Source of the DNA: Candidatus Omnitrophota bacterium | GTDB lineage: Bacteria; Omnitrophota; Gorgyraeia; Aquiviventales; JACQRC01 | Reading direction: 5' to 3' | Length of the DNA: 61,428 bases | NCBI GenBank assembly: GCA_016206665.1 | Contig: JACQRC010000044.1 | Location: 1 to 61,428 of the forward strand | Part shown: positions 28,146-40,257 of the stretch, one piece after another | Layout: each line of letters opens with the position of its first letter | How positions within the stretch are numbered: position 1 is the first letter of the stretch | Made by a program: the position numbers and the translations under genes | Notes under the pieces: generated by a model | What the model was told of the DNA's origin: nothing | Seen by the model: the letters and a program-made list of their open reading frames with translations, nothing else | The model's database searches: none

Positions 28146-29222
28146 ATGGCGGCTCAGGCGAAGGTCTCGGCGGCGCGGCTGCGGCCGCAGGCGGCGCCCT
28201 GGGCGCGGTTTCTGCCCAAGGCCTCCGGCGGGGCCGTCGGGCTCGATGTGGGCACCACCAGCTTCAAGATCGTCGAGCTCACCAAACAGGGCGCCCAACA
28301 GACGCTGGAGCGGGCGGTCGTGCAGGATGTGCCCTCCACCGACCGGAAGGCCGCGGCCGCCGCCATCAAACGCGCCTTTGAGCAGCACGCCATCGGTTCC
28401 CGCCGCGTCAATATCGCGGTCAGCGGGCCGGCCGTCATCGTGCGGTACATCGAAATGCCGGCCATGACCGACCAAGAACTCGTCAGCGCCATCCAGTTTG
28501 AGGCGGAGAAGTACATTCCCTTCAACCCGGCCGAGGTGGTCATGGATTCCTGCGTCATCGAGAAGTTCGACGGCGATAAGCGGATGAGGGTGCTCTTGGT
28601 GGCGGCCAAGAAAGAGCTGATTGATGAGCGGGTCGCGCTGTTGCAGGAAGCGGGCCTGACGCCCCGGATCATCGATGTGGACGCCTTTGCGCTGGCGAAC
28701 GCCTTTCTCCGGGTCCAGATCCCGGCCAAAGCGGACGAGATTCGCGCCGTGCTGGATATCGGCGCGGAGGTCACCACGGCGACCGTGCTCCGTGGCACAC
28801 GCCCGGCCTTCACGCGCGACATCATGGCCGGCGGCAATGCCTTCACGCGGGCCATGATGGAGAAGCTCGGCGTAGCCGCCGCGGCGGCCGAGGCCTTGAA
28901 GCGCCAGCCGGGGGGGCGGGGGGCTGAGATCTTTGAGGCGGTCAAACCGGTGATCGACAACTTGGTGAGTGAGATTCGGCTCTCCTTTAATTACTATGAA
29001 AGCCAGGCCGACCACGGCATCGAGGCGCTGTACCTCAGCGGCGGGGTGACCGGCCTGGAGGGTGTGAGCCGGTACATTCAAGAGAATGTTGAGGTCGAGG
29101 TCCGCGCCTGGGATCCCCTGCAGGGGCTCCAACTCGGAGCCTCCGTCGACCGGGCCGGCCTCACCCGGACGGCGCCACGGTTGGCGGTGGCCATGGGGTT
29201 GGCTCTGAGGTCGCTCTCATGA
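28146..29222 (+). CDS. pilM: Type IV pilus assembly protein PilM
   Basis: VGLDVGTTSFKIV, EAEKYIPF, VLLVAAKK, IDVDAFAL, LDIGA, LSGG, AVAMGLALR. Confidence 0.93.
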   Translation: MAAQAKVSAARLRPQAAPWARFLPKASGGAVGLDVGTTSFKIVELTKQGAQQTLERAVVQDVPSTDRKAAAAAIKRAFEQHAIGSRRVNIAVSGPAVIVRYIEMPAMTDQELVSAIQFEAEKYIPFNPAEVVMDSCVIEKFDGDKRMRVLLVAAKKELIDERVALLQEAGLTPRIIDVDAFALANAFLRVQIPAKADEIRAVLDIGAEVTTATVLRGTRPAFTRDIMAGGNAFTRAMMEKLGVAAAAAEALKRQPGGRGAEIFEAVKPVIDNLVSEIRLSFNYYESQADHGIEALYLSGGVTGLEGVSRYIQENVEVEVRAWDPLQGLQLGASVDRAGLTRTAPRLAVAMGLALRSLS

Positions 29223-29332
29223 CCCCACCACCTCCAGCCGCCCATCGCGCGTGTGTCGTCCGCCCTCCGGCGATGGGCGGACGACGGGTCGTCGCAGGGC
29301 CCGTACGGGCCCTGCTGGAGGTGGTGGGGTGA
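29220..29332. mobile_element. Family B MITE-like element, copy 1
   Basis: TGA-CCCCACCACCTCCAGC...GCTGGAGGTGGTGGGG-TGA terminal inverted repeats with a TGA direct repeat; internal hairpins. Confidence 0.75.
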
Positions 29333-29970
29333 TCGCGATCAATCTGCTGTCCAAAGAATTGCAGCGCAAGGCGATGAGCCCCAGCCCGATCGCCCTCGGT
29401 AAGCTGCCCAAGCAGATCGCCGTGGCCGTGGGCGCGGTCCTGGCGGCCGTGCATCTGCTGCTGCTCATCATGCTGCTGTGGTCGCAGGCCGATGCCGCGA
29501 GGTTGGGCGCGCGGTGGAAGAAGCTCTCCGGGCCCAAGCAGCAGGTCGATGCGGTGAAGGCCGAGGTGGCCAAGCTGCAGGAGCGGGTGGTGGCGTTCGA
29601 TACCATCACGAAGGAACGGTTCCTCTGGTCGCACAAATTGCGTCAGTTGGGCGATGCCGTCATCGATGGCGTCTGGCTCTCGGAGCTCTACCTCGAGCGA
29701 CAGCTCACGCCGGCGGCCACGGCCGCCAAGGGCCGCGCGGCCGTGGCCGGTTCGGAGCAGCTGCAATTGGTCTTGAAGGGCAGCGCGGCGATGCCGGATG
29801 CCGAGGGCGCGGTCATCGTGGGCCGGTTCATGGAGAATCTCAAGGCCCACGCGCCCTTCTTCCAGGATTTTAGGGAAATCGTCTCCGGCGGCCTGCAGTC
29901 GCGCAAGATTCGTGAGGTGGAGATCATGGACTTCACCGTCTCGGCGCCCTTGCGGCGGCAGACCTTCTGA
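29329..29970 (+). CDS. pilN: PilN-like protein
   Basis: GTG start giving (M)IAINLL, TM helix, coiled coil, GVWLSEL. Confidence 0.82.
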   Translation: MIAINLLSKELQRKAMSPSPIALGKLPKQIAVAVGAVLAAVHLLLLIMLLWSQADAARLGARWKKLSGPKQQVDAVKAEVAKLQERVVAFDTITKERFLWSHKLRQLGDAVIDGVWLSELYLERQLTPAATAAKGRAAVAGSEQLQLVLKGSAAMPDAEGAVIVGRFMENLKAHAPFFQDFREIVSGGLQSRKIREVEIMDFTVSAPLRRQTF

Positions 29971-30572
29971 TGGCCGCGAAATTCGACCTCCACGCGTTGA
30001 AAGCGAAGCAGCCGCTCATTCTCGGCGCCGTGATCGGCCTGTTGCTGCTCTTCGTCGATATGCAGTGGGTGTTGGCGAAGTGGGTGCAGATGCTGCGCGC
30101 CAGCCAGCCCAAGGTTACCAAACTGCGGCAGGAGATCAAGCAGGCCGCGTTCGATGCGCAGCAGCATCCGGCCATGGAACAGCGGTTGACGGAGTTGCGG
30201 GCCCAGTACAGCCGGCACAGTCAGCAGCTGCTCTCCGAGGCAGAGATGCCGCAACTCTACAAACAACTCGGCGAACTGGCGAAGCAGAGCAATGTGAAGA
30301 TCGTGTCCATCAGCCGCAAGGACGACACGGGCAAGCGGCAGGCCAAGCCTGCCGGTCGGGGCGAGAGCGGATTTCTGACCGTGATTCCCATTGCCATTCA
30401 GGCGCGCGCCGGCTACTATGCCCTCGTGCAGTTTCTGGAACAGTTGGAGCGTTCGGGCTTGCTGATCAATGTCTCGGATGTTTCCATCAAGGCCGATAGT
30501 CAGAGCGCCACCCAGCAGGCGGTTCAGTTGACGCTCTCGATGTATGCCCTGCGGGAAGGGGTGGCCAAGTGA
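29970..30572 (+). CDS. pilO: PilO-like protein
   Basis: TM helix, coiled coil, EMPQLYKQLGELAKQSNVKIVSI, GYYALVQFLEQLE. Confidence 0.82.
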   Translation: MAAKFDLHALKAKQPLILGAVIGLLLLFVDMQWVLAKWVQMLRASQPKVTKLRQEIKQAAFDAQQHPAMEQRLTELRAQYSRHSQQLLSEAEMPQLYKQLGELAKQSNVKIVSISRKDDTGKRQAKPAGRGESGFLTVIPIAIQARAGYYALVQFLEQLERSGLLINVSDVSIKADSQSATQQAVQLTLSMYALREGVAK

Positions 30573-30961
30573 CGGGCTCATTTCGCGCCCTGCGGTGGGC
30601 CGTGGCGGGCGCTGCGGCGCTCATGATGCCGGCGGCGCTGGGCCTGGCGGATGAGGGCCGGCGGGATCCATTCATCGCGCTCGTCAACCGCGACGGCCGG
30701 TACATCGCGAGCGTCAAAGGCCCCGCCACGCTTGGCACCGGCATTGAGGGTGTGGTGTTAGAAGGGGTGTTGCAGGATCCTGCCGGAGCGATGGCCATCA
30801 TCAACGGCGAGGTGGTGCGGGCAGGCGATATGGTGGATGGATTCTTCGTCAAAACGATTGAGCCGGATCGCGTCATACTCAAAGTGGGGGAGAAGGAACA
30901 TACTATCTTGTTGATACGGGAGGAGGACCTCCAGGGAGGCACGCGCCATGATTCTCAGTAA
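30569..30961 (+). CDS. PilP/GspB-like protein
   Basis: RRDPF motif, LEGVL, MAIINGEVVRAGDMV; lies between pilO and the secretin. Confidence 0.72.
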   Translation: MTGSFRALRWAVAGAAALMMPAALGLADEGRRDPFIALVNRDGRYIASVKGPATLGTGIEGVVLEGVLQDPAGAMAIINGEVVRAGDMVDGFFVKTIEPDRVILKVGEKEHTILLIREEDLQGGTRHDSQ

Positions 30962-32510
30962 TCGTCGAGCGGATGCTTGGACCGTCTGGCTGTTGGTGGT
31001 GCTGGCGGTGATCGGGGGTCGCTGGGCATGGGCTGAAGACCCCACGGACGGCGGGGAGTCTGCGCCGAGCGCCGCCGAATCCTCGAGCAGTCCGCCGGAC
31101 GGCCAGGAGCAGCCGATGGCGAGCTCTCCTGCGCCGAGCGAATCGCCGGCCGTTGAGGCGACGGAGGCGCCGGCGGCCACGGCGGCAGCGCCCAGCGCGG
31201 TGCAGGAGGAGCGCTCAGGCAACATCACCGTCGACTTCAAGGATGCGGATATCCAGAATGTCCTGCGCATCCTCTCCTACAAGAGCGGCATGAACATCAT
31301 CGCCGGCCCGGATGTGCAGGGGCTGGTGACGATCCGGCTCTCCGATGTGCCCTGGGAGCAGGCCCTGGACATGATTCTGAAGACCTACGGCCTGGCCTAC
31401 TCCCGGGAAGCCAATGTCATCCGTGTCACCACGCTGGAAAACCTCGAACAGGAGCAGCTGGCGACCGAGGTCTTTCCGCTCAACTACGCCAAGGCGAAGG
31501 ATGTGCCGGACACGATCAAGGAAATGCTCACCGACCGCGGCAAGGTCAAGTACGACGAGCGGGCGAACCTCCTGGTCGTCACCGACATTCCCACCAATCT
31601 CTTCAAGATCAAGCAGGTGGTCGAGCGGCTGGACCAGCGCACGCCCCAGGTGCGGATCGAGGCGAAGATCATCGAGACCAAGCTGACCAATGACGAAAAT
31701 CTCGGGATCAAGTGGGGCAGCGCCTCCGCCAACCACGTCAGCGTGACCGGGCCGATCGTTGATACCACCTTCCCGCTCGGGACGACGGCCACGCTGGGCG
31801 GGCTGGGCAAGGCCTTCATCCCGACCTTCAAGTCGATCGTGCAATCCAGCGCCACGGCCGGCGCCACCACCACCCTCTCCGGCGGCGAGTGGAACGCGAT
31901 CCCGGGCGGCGCAGGCGGGTTCAAGTTTGGCACGCTGAGCCTGTTCCAGACGGCGATCGTGCTCGATGCCATCGCCGTGCGCGCCGACACGCATGTGGTG
32001 TCGAATCCCACCGTCGTGACGTTGAACAACCAGGAAGCGAAGGTGCACGTGGGAGAGACCTTCAACATCCCGATCTACGAGCGCAACGCCTCGACCGGGT
32101 CGATCGAGGTCACCGGTTACAAGGAGCGGCCGATCGGCACCACGATTGCGGTGACCCCCCATGTCAATCCGCAGGGGGACATCATCGTGGATCTGCACCC
32201 GCAGATCGCCTCGGCGGCCAGCTCCTTTGACGATTTTGGCAACATCAAGGTGCCGCGGTTTGACGAGCAGGACGTCAAGACCCAGGTGATGATTCGCAGC
32301 GGGGAGACCGTGGCCATCGGCGGATTGGTCAAGCGCAACACCACCAAGACCAGGACCAAGGTTCCGTTTCTGGGGGATCTGCCCCTGATCGGCTTGGCCT
32401 TTTCGCATACCGCGGACAGCCTGAAGGAACAGCGCGATATTTTGATCTTCATGACCGTCACCCTGATCGACCCCGAAGGGCAGACCGTCGCCGTCGCCGC
32501 GTACCCGTAG
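30948..32510 (+). CDS. pilQ: Secretin (PilQ/GspD family)
   Basis: ITVDFKDADIQNVL, VPWEQALD, PQVRIEAKI, SNPTVVTLNNQEA, KVPFLGDLPLIG. Confidence 0.9.
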   Translation: MILSNRRADAWTVWLLVVLAVIGGRWAWAEDPTDGGESAPSAAESSSSPPDGQEQPMASSPAPSESPAVEATEAPAATAAAPSAVQEERSGNITVDFKDADIQNVLRILSYKSGMNIIAGPDVQGLVTIRLSDVPWEQALDMILKTYGLAYSREANVIRVTTLENLEQEQLATEVFPLNYAKAKDVPDTIKEMLTDRGKVKYDERANLLVVTDIPTNLFKIKQVVERLDQRTPQVRIEAKIIETKLTNDENLGIKWGSASANHVSVTGPIVDTTFPLGTTATLGGLGKAFIPTFKSIVQSSATAGATTTLSGGEWNAIPGGAGGFKFGTLSLFQTAIVLDAIAVRADTHVVSNPTVVTLNNQEAKVHVGETFNIPIYERNASTGSIEVTGYKERPIGTTIAVTPHVNPQGDIIVDLHPQIASAASSFDDFGNIKVPRFDEQDVKTQVMIRSGETVAIGGLVKRNTTKTRTKVPFLGDLPLIGLAFSHTADSLKEQRDILIFMTVTLIDPEGQTVAVAAYP

Positions 32511-32581
32511 TCCTGCCGGTTATCCCCGCAACACCTTCCACCGGGCCCCGCCAACGGTTGGGCCAGAAAAGGATTGTCTTC

Positions 32582-34109
32582 GATGGATAAAGCGATTCTG
32601 ATCAGCGTTGAATCTCAGGAGCGCCGCGTGGCGGTCGTCGAGAACAAGGTGCTTGAGGAGTTTTACGTTGAGCGCACTGGCTCCGAGCAGCTGGTGGGCA
32701 GCATCTTCAAGGGCAAGGTCAGCTCCGTCATCCCCGGGATCGGGGCGGCCTTCGTGGATATCGGGTTGCCCAAGAATGGTTTTCTCTACGTCTCGGATAT
32801 CGTCAAGCATCTGGAGGGTGACGAGGCCGAGTTGGACGAGGAGGCGGATGAGCCGAACCACCGCAAAGGCGCTGAGGAGCGGCACCGCCGGTCCCGGCGC
32901 GACTCCCACCGCATTGAGCAGCTGCTCAAGGTCGGCGACGACGTCCTGGTCCAGGTCGTCAAGGAGCCGCTGAGCACGAAGGGCGCCCGGCTGACCAGCC
33001 ACGTCTCGCTGCCGGGCCGGTACCTGGTCTTCATGCCGACCGACCACCGCGTGGGCGTCTCCAAGCGCATCGCCGACCCGACGGAGCGCTCGCGCCTGCG
33101 CGCCATCCTCAAGGAGCTGCAGGGCGGCAAGGATTTCGGGCTCATTGTCCGCACCGTCGGCTCCGGCACCGACAAAAAGGAGTTTGCCAGAGATGTGCGC
33201 TACCTCACCCATCTCTGGCAGAAGATTCACCGCAAGGCGAAGAGCGTCAAGGCGCCGAACGGGGTCTATCACGAATATGACCTGGTTCTGCGGATGATCC
33301 GGGACAGTCTCACGGACGATGTGACGCGGATGGTGGTCGACTCGCCGGAGGAGTTTCGCCGGATCTCCCATTTCATCAGCATGATCGTGCCGCAGCTGCG
33401 CTCCAAGCTGACGCTCTATCGCGGCGAGGTACCCCTCTTTGAGAAGGAAGGCATTGAGGAGGAGATCGCCAGGCTCTATGACCGCAAGGTGACGTTGAAA
33501 TCCGGAGGCTATCTCATCATCGAGCCCACCGAGGGGCTCGTGGTCATCGACGTGAACACCGGACGGTTCACCGGCCGTCGCAATCTCGAGGATACCGCCT
33601 TCCAGACCAATGTCGAATCGGCCCAGGAGATTGGCCGGCAGCTGCGGCTGCGCGACCTGGGCGGCATCATCACGATCGACTTCATCGACATGGAGTCGCA
33701 TGCCCACCGTCGCGAGGTCTTCGCGACCCTGGAGCGGGCCCTCAAGCGCGACCGGGCCAAGACGAACATCGTCTCCTTTTCGGAGCTGTGCCTGGTGGAG
33801 ATGACCCGGCAGCGGATGCGCCGCTCGATGGAGAGCGTGTCCTACCAGCCGTGTCCCTACTGCGAAGGGCGGGGGTTGGTCAAATCGGCCGTGACGGTCG
33901 CCATCGGGGCGCTGCGACAGGTGAAGCGGTATTTTCAGGAGAACCGGCAGCGCGAGATCGAGCTCTTCGTCCACCCCCAGGTGGCCGGTCAGCTCCTGAA
34001 GGAAAACCGCGCCTCGCTGGCGTCCCTGGAGCACAAGTTCAGAGCCCGCATTCTCGTCATGTCGGACCAAAGCATGCACATGGAAGGCGTCCGCATTCAG
34101 GGCGCGTGA
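32582..34109 (+). CDS. rng: Ribonuclease E/G family protein (RNase G size)
   Basis: AAFVDIG, VQVVKEP..KGARLT, IDVNTG, QLRLRDLGGIITIDFIDM, EMTRQR, CPYCEG. Confidence 0.92.
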
Positions 34110-34136
34110 AGCGCCAGCTGGTTCCGCAAACAAGTG

Positions 34137-34165
34137 TTGACGCCCCGGCCATTTTGCGGTAGAGT
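34137..34165 (+). promoter_or_regulatory. Probable sigma70 promoter of rplU-rpmA
   Basis: TTGACG-17 nt-TAGAGT, 8 nt before ATG 34174. Confidence 0.55.
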
Positions 34166-34173
34166 ACGTCGCC

Positions 34174-34506
34174 ATGACGAAGGAGGCTGACGCAACCTAT
34201 GCGGTCATCCAGGCGGGCGGGCTGCAGTATCGGGTCCGCCCTGGGGACCAGTTTGAGGTCAACCGCGTGGACGCGGCCGCAGGGGCCCCGGTCGTCTTCG
34301 ACCAGGTTTTGCTGGCGCGTCCCAGCGGGCAGATCCGGATCGGCCAGCCGGTGGTGCCTGGGGCCAAGGTCGTCTGCGAAGTCGTCTCGCATGGGCGCGG
34401 CCCGAAGACGATCGCCTTCAAGTACCACCGGCGCGAGCACTACAAGCGCAAGGTCGGTCACCGGCAGGATCTGACCAGGCTGCTGGTCAAAGACATTCAA
34501 CTGTAA
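34174..34506 (+). CDS. rplU: 50S ribosomal protein L21
   Basis: YAVIQAGGLQYRV, IGQPVVPGA, GHRQDLT. Confidence 0.95.
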   Translation: MTKEADATYAVIQAGGLQYRVRPGDQFEVNRVDAAAGAPVVFDQVLLARPSGQIRIGQPVVPGAKVVCEVVSHGRGPKTIAFKYHRREHYKRKVGHRQDLTRLLVKDIQL

Positions 34507-34521
34507 CGCAGGGAGCATTCC

Positions 34522-34785
34522 ATGGCGCATAAGAAGGGGATGGGGTCAACCCGGAACGGCCGGGACAGCAAATCCAAGCGGCTCGGCGTTAAGCGGTACG
34601 CCGGCGAATGGGTGACGGCCGGCTCCATCCTGATCCGCCAACGGGGGACGCGCATCTTCCCCGGCTGGAATGTCGGCCGCGGCGACGATGACACGCTGTT
34701 TGCCAAGATCGACGGGGTCGTCGCCTTTCCCAAGTCCCGCCTCATCACGGTTCTGCCCAAGCCTTCCCCCGCCCCCACTCGATAA
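34522..34785 (+). CDS. rpmA: 50S ribosomal protein L27
   Basis: [30 protein letters not shown]. Confidence 0.97.
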   Translation: MAHKKGMGSTRNGRDSKSKRLGVKRYAGEWVTAGSILIRQRGTRIFPGWNVGRGDDDTLFAKIDGVVAFPKSRLITVLPKPSPAPTR

Positions 34786-34863
34786 TCGCCTCCGTGAGCC
34801 AGGACGGTTCGGTGTTCATCTGTATTGACACCGAACAATGAACGATGAAGAATGAACAGTACA

Positions 34864-34938
34864 CCATGCATTCGACTCGGCCTTCGGCCTCGCTCAGCAT
34901 GGCGGTGAGCGAAGCCGCAGCGAGTCGAATCCGCCATG
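34864..34938. repeat. Family A palindromic element, copy 6
   Basis: CCATG-CA-TTCGACT...CGCTCAG-CATGGCGG-TGAGCG...GAGTCGAAT-CCG-CCATG; CCATG direct repeat. Confidence 0.86.
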
Positions 34939-35906
34939 TTCATTGACGAAGCGGTTATTGAAGTCAAGGCAGGCCGTGGCGGCAACGGTTGCGCCAGCTT
35001 TTACCGTGACCGCTGGATGCGCCACCCGGTCCCCGATGGGGGCAATGGCGGCGATGGCGGCTCGGTCCTCATCCAGGCCGACGTCAATGCGCACACCCTG
35101 CTCGACTTTCAGTACCGCCAACATTTCACCGCCGGCGACGGCCGGCACGGCAGCAGCAAGCAGCAAACCGGCCGGCGCGGCGAGGATCGTCTCATTCTCG
35201 TGCCGCCCGGCACGCTCATCTATGACGCGGACAGCGGCGCGTTGATCCAGGATGTGACGACGGTGGCACCACCGGTGACCGTGGCCGCCGGCGGGCGGGG
35301 CGGCGTCGGCAACGACACCCTCAAGCATCGCGACACGACACCGGGCGAGCCGGGCGCGCTCCGGCGGCTGCGGCTCGAGCTGAAACTGATCGCCGACGTG
35401 GGCGTCATCGGCATGCCGAATGCGGGCAAGTCCTCGCTGGTGGCCGCCATCTCCTCGGCGCGCCCGAAGATTGCGAGTTACCCGTTCACGACGATTGCGC
35501 CGGTGTTAGGCGTGGTCCGGGTGGGTGAGACGGAGCAGCGCTTTGTCGTCTGTGACATCCCCGGGCTCATCGAAGGCGCCTACCACGGCCGGGGGTTGGG
35601 CCATCAGTTCCTGCGCCACATCGAGCGGACACGCCTCCTGGTGCAGGTGGTCGATGTCTCGGGCCAGGAGGGGCGCGATCCGCTGCAGGATGTCGAGACG
35701 GTCGTCAACGAGCTCCAGCGGCACGACCCTGCGCTGCTCACGCGGCCGCGGCTGCTGTTAGGCAACAAGATGGATGTGCCGGGCGCCGTGGATCACCTGA
35801 GCCGGTTGCGGGAGGCGCGCTCCGAGCCGGTCTACGCGGTCTCCTGCACCGAACGGACCGGGCTGGAGGCGGTCGTCGACGCCATCGGGAAGATGCTGAA
35901 GACGTC

Positions 35907-35910
<4 letters not shown>
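34936..35910 (+). CDS. obgE: GTPase Obg
   Basis: MFIDEA, PDGGNGGDGG, GMPNAGKSS, YPFTT, DIPGLIEGA, NKMD. Confidence 0.96.
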
Positions 35911-37000
<1,090 letters not shown>

Positions 37001-37004
<4 letters not shown>

Positions 37005-38260
37005 TGAGTCTGCGCCGCCAACTGGAGCGGCTATCAGGCGAAGCGAAGGCGGCGGCGCGCATCCTCGCCGTCGTGCCGACGGCACAGAAGAACCGCTGCC
37101 TGCGGGCGATGGCGGCCGCCTTGCGCCGCGCCGTGCCGGCGATCCTCGCCGCCAACCGCCAGGATGTGGCTGCGGCCACACGCGCCGGCTTGTCGCCGGC
37201 GCTCATAGACCGGCTCACCCTCACCAGGCTGCGGGTCGCAGAGATGCGCCGGTCGCTCGCAGCGGTGGCGGCGTTGCCGGACCCTGTCGGGCGGGTGCTC
37301 AGGGCCTGGCGGCGTCGCGACGGATTGCTCATCAAGAAAGTGCGCGTGCCACTGGGCGTCATCGGCATCATCTATGAGTCGCGCCCGAATGTGACCTCGG
37401 ATTGCGTGGGCCTGTGCTTAAAAAGCGGCAACGCGGTCCTGTTGCGCGGCGGCAGCGAGGCGCTGCGCAGCAATGTGGCCATCGCCCGGACGCTGCGCCG
37501 CGCCGCGCGGCGCGCCGGTCTTCCTGCGGGCGTGTTGGCCGTCGTGCCCTCGACCGACCGGAGGGCGATCGACATCATGACGACCCTCTCCGGCCACTTG
37601 GATCTCATCATTCCCCGCGGGGGAGAGGCGCTGATCCGGCGCGTCGCGGCCCACGCGACGGTACCCGTCATCAAGCATTACAAGGGCGTCTGCCACGTGT
37701 ACGTCGATGATCGGGCCAACCTGGCCATGGCGGAGGCGGTCGCCTTCAACGCCAAGGTGCAGCGGCCGGCCACCTGCAATGCGATGGAAACCTTGCTTGT
37801 CCATCGCGCGGCCGCCGCCCGATTTCTGCCTTCGATGATTCGCCGCCTCAAGGCCGCCCGCGTGGAAGTGCGCGGGTGTCCGCAGACGCGGCGGATCGTG
37901 CCGGGTCTGGCCGCGGCGACGGAACGGGATTGGTCGATGGAATATCTCGATTTGATCCTGTCCGTCAAGGTGGTGCCCTCGTTGCAGGCGGCCATCGACC
38001 ACATCAACCGGTACGGGACGTCCCACTCGGACACCATCGTGACCGACGACCGGCGGCATGCGGAGCAGTTTCTGCAGGCCGTGGACTCGGCCGCCGTCTA
38101 CGTGAATGCCTCCACCAGGCTCACCGACGGGTTTCAGTTTGGCCTGGGCGCGGAGATGGGCATCAGCACCGACAAACTGCACGCCCGCGGTCCGATGGGC
38201 CTGGAAGAGCTGACGACCTATAAGTATCAAGTGTACGGCAGGGGGCACCTCCGCACCTAG
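37001..38260 (+). CDS. proA: Gamma-glutamyl phosphate reductase
   Basis: RVPLGVIGIIYESRPNVT, IPRGG, CNAMETLL, EMGISTDKLHARGPMGL. Confidence 0.96.
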
Positions 38261-38288
38261 CACGAAGGTTGGAGACCATCACAGGTAC

Positions 38289-38885
38289 ATGCGCCTTGGA
38301 ATCCTCGGCGGGACGTTCAATCCCATTCACACCGGCCATCTGATTCTGGCCGAGGAGGCGCGCGCCGCCTTCGCCCTCGACCGCTGCCTCTTCATCCCCA
38401 ATGCGCTCCCCCCGCACAAGGAGGAGCCCAGCCTGGCGAGCGCCGAGCACCGATTGGCCATGGTCCGTCTGGCGATCGACGGCCATCCTGTCTTCGAAGC
38501 CTCAGAGCTCGAAATTGCCCGCGGAGGCCGGTCCTACACCGTGGACACCCTCGAGGCCCTGCGCCACCGGTACGGGCCGACGGTGGAGCTCTTTTTTCTC
38601 GTCGGCTCCGATGCCTGCGGCGGCTTGGCCCACTGGAAGTCCATGGACCGGGTGATGCAGCTGTGCCACGTGGTCGTGGCCCACCGCCCCGGCTACCGGG
38701 TCAACGTCTCGCTCGCCGGAGTGCGGCTGCTGGAAATTCCCGCCTTGGACGTCTCCTCCACGGCGATCCGTCAACGACTCCAGGCCGGCCGGAGCATTCG
38801 GTACCTGGTGCCGGAGGCGGTGTACCACTACCTCCTGACGCGCCAGCTCTACGCGGCGCCAAACGCCAGGGCCGCCAACCCATGA
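38289..38885 (+). CDS. nadD: Nicotinate-nucleotide adenylyltransferase
   Basis: GGTFNPIHTGH, PPHK, SYTVDTL, VSSTAIR. Confidence 0.96.
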   Translation: MRLGILGGTFNPIHTGHLILAEEARAAFALDRCLFIPNALPPHKEEPSLASAEHRLAMVRLAIDGHPVFEASELEIARGGRSYTVDTLEALRHRYGPTVELFFLVGSDACGGLAHWKSMDRVMQLCHVVVAHRPGYRVNVSLAGVRLLEIPALDVSSTAIRQRLQAGRSIRYLVPEAVYHYLLTRQLYAAPNARAANP

Positions 38886-38992
38886 CCCCACCACCTCCTG
38901 CCGCCCACCGCTCACCTGGTCGTCCCGCTGTGGCGGTGGGCGGGCTGTACGCAGCCGGGACCGTACGGGTCCCACAGGAGGTGGTGGGGTGA
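38883..38992. mobile_element. Family B MITE-like element, copy 2
   Basis: TGA-CCCCACCACCTCCTG...CAGGAGGTGGTGGGG-TGA. Confidence 0.75.
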
Positions 38993-39948
38993 TGCTGCTC
39001 GCCATCCTGGCGGCGCTCGCCGTCTCCGCCGCGGTGTCCGCCTCGGAGACGGCCCTCTTGGCCGTCAACCGGATTCATCTGCGCCACTTGGCCGATTCGA
39101 ACAACCGGCGCGCCCAACTCGCCTACCAGTTGGTGACTCATCCCGACCGGTTCATCACGGTCCTGCGCATTGCCGACAACTTCCTCGACGTCGCGACCTC
39201 GGTCCTCTGGACGATGGCGTGCGTCGCGTGGTTCGGTCTGTACGGGCCGCTGGTCTCGCTCGTGACGGCGACGCTCACCCTCCTGATACTCGGCGATATC
39301 ATCCCGAAATTGCTGGCCGTGCACCACAGCTTGGCCATCGCCCTCTGGGCGGCGCCGCCCGTCACGGTGCTGGCCGCCGTCATCCAGCCGGGCGTCCGCA
39401 TCGTGGCCGCAGTGGGCCGCTGGGTCGGCATCTCAGCGCCTCGGCACTCGCCCCTGGTGACCGAGGAAGAGATCCGCCTCATGATTGAGTTGGGACGGGA
39501 AGAGGGCTTTTTGAGCGACAAGGAGCGCAAGATGCTCCATCGCGTCTTCGAGTTTGGGGACACGCTGGTCAAGGATGTGATGGTGCCGCGCGAGCAGATG
39601 GTGAGCCTGCCGATCACGGCCACCACCGAGGAGCTCCTCGATCTGTTGGTGGAGGAGGGTCATTCGCGCGTGCCGGTCTATGAGGGCGACCTGGATCACA
39701 TCCGAGGGATCCTCTACGCCCAGGATCTGCTCCATCTCTGGCGGCATCAAGAGTTAGTCCTGCTGGCCGACCTGCTGCACGCCGCCTTCACGGTGCCGGA
39801 CACGAAGCGGGTCACCGAGCTGCTGCAGGAGTTTCAGCGCCTGCATGTGCAGATCGCCATCGTCGTCGATGCCCAGGCCCGCACGGTGGGGCTGGTGACG
39901 CTGGAGGATTTACTGGAGGAGATTGTGGGTGAGATCGGCGGGGTCTAG
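38989..39948 (+). CDS. CNNM (DUF21)-CBS domain protein (TlyC/CorB-like) lacking the C-terminal CorC domain
   Basis: SASETAL, GDIIPK, VKDVMVPR, HSRVPVY, GLVTLEDLLEEIVGEI then stop. Confidence 0.88.
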   Translation: MMLLAILAALAVSAAVSASETALLAVNRIHLRHLADSNNRRAQLAYQLVTHPDRFITVLRIADNFLDVATSVLWTMACVAWFGLYGPLVSLVTATLTLLILGDIIPKLLAVHHSLAIALWAAPPVTVLAAVIQPGVRIVAAVGRWVGISAPRHSPLVTEEEIRLMIELGREEGFLSDKERKMLHRVFEFGDTLVKDVMVPREQMVSLPITATTEELLDLLVEEGHSRVPVYEGDLDHIRGILYAQDLLHLWRHQELVLLADLLHAAFTVPDTKRVTELLQEFQRLHVQIAIVVDAQARTVGLVTLEDLLEEIVGEIGGV

Positions 39949-40033
39949 CGCCACCGCCAAGAGTCTTGACAGGGTAGGGGGCTTGTGTTATTTCTGGTAC
40001 ACATTGTCACCACAACCGAGGGAGGATGCCAGG

Positions 40034-40174
40034 ATGGATGGATACTGCGTGAAATGCAAAGGCAAGAAAGAGATCAAGGATTCGAAGGAAGTCAAGATGA
40101 AGAACGGCCGCTCCGCCCTCAAGGGTAAGTGCCCCTCCTGCGGAACGGGGATGTACCGCATTCTCTCGAAATAA
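40034..40174 (+). CDS. Small basic zinc-ribbon protein (DUF5679-like), 46 aa
   Basis: YCVKC...MKNGR...GKCPSCGT.MYRI; GGAGG upstream; possible promoter TTGACA at 39966. Confidence 0.8.
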   Translation: MDGYCVKCKGKKEIKDSKEVKMKNGRSALKGKCPSCGTGMYRILSK

Positions 40175-40257
40175 TCATCTCCCAAGTTCATGCCCGGTTG
40201 TTCATCCTCCCGCCGGACCCCTCCGGGCGCCTGGCGCCGTCTGGGGCGCCAGGGGGC

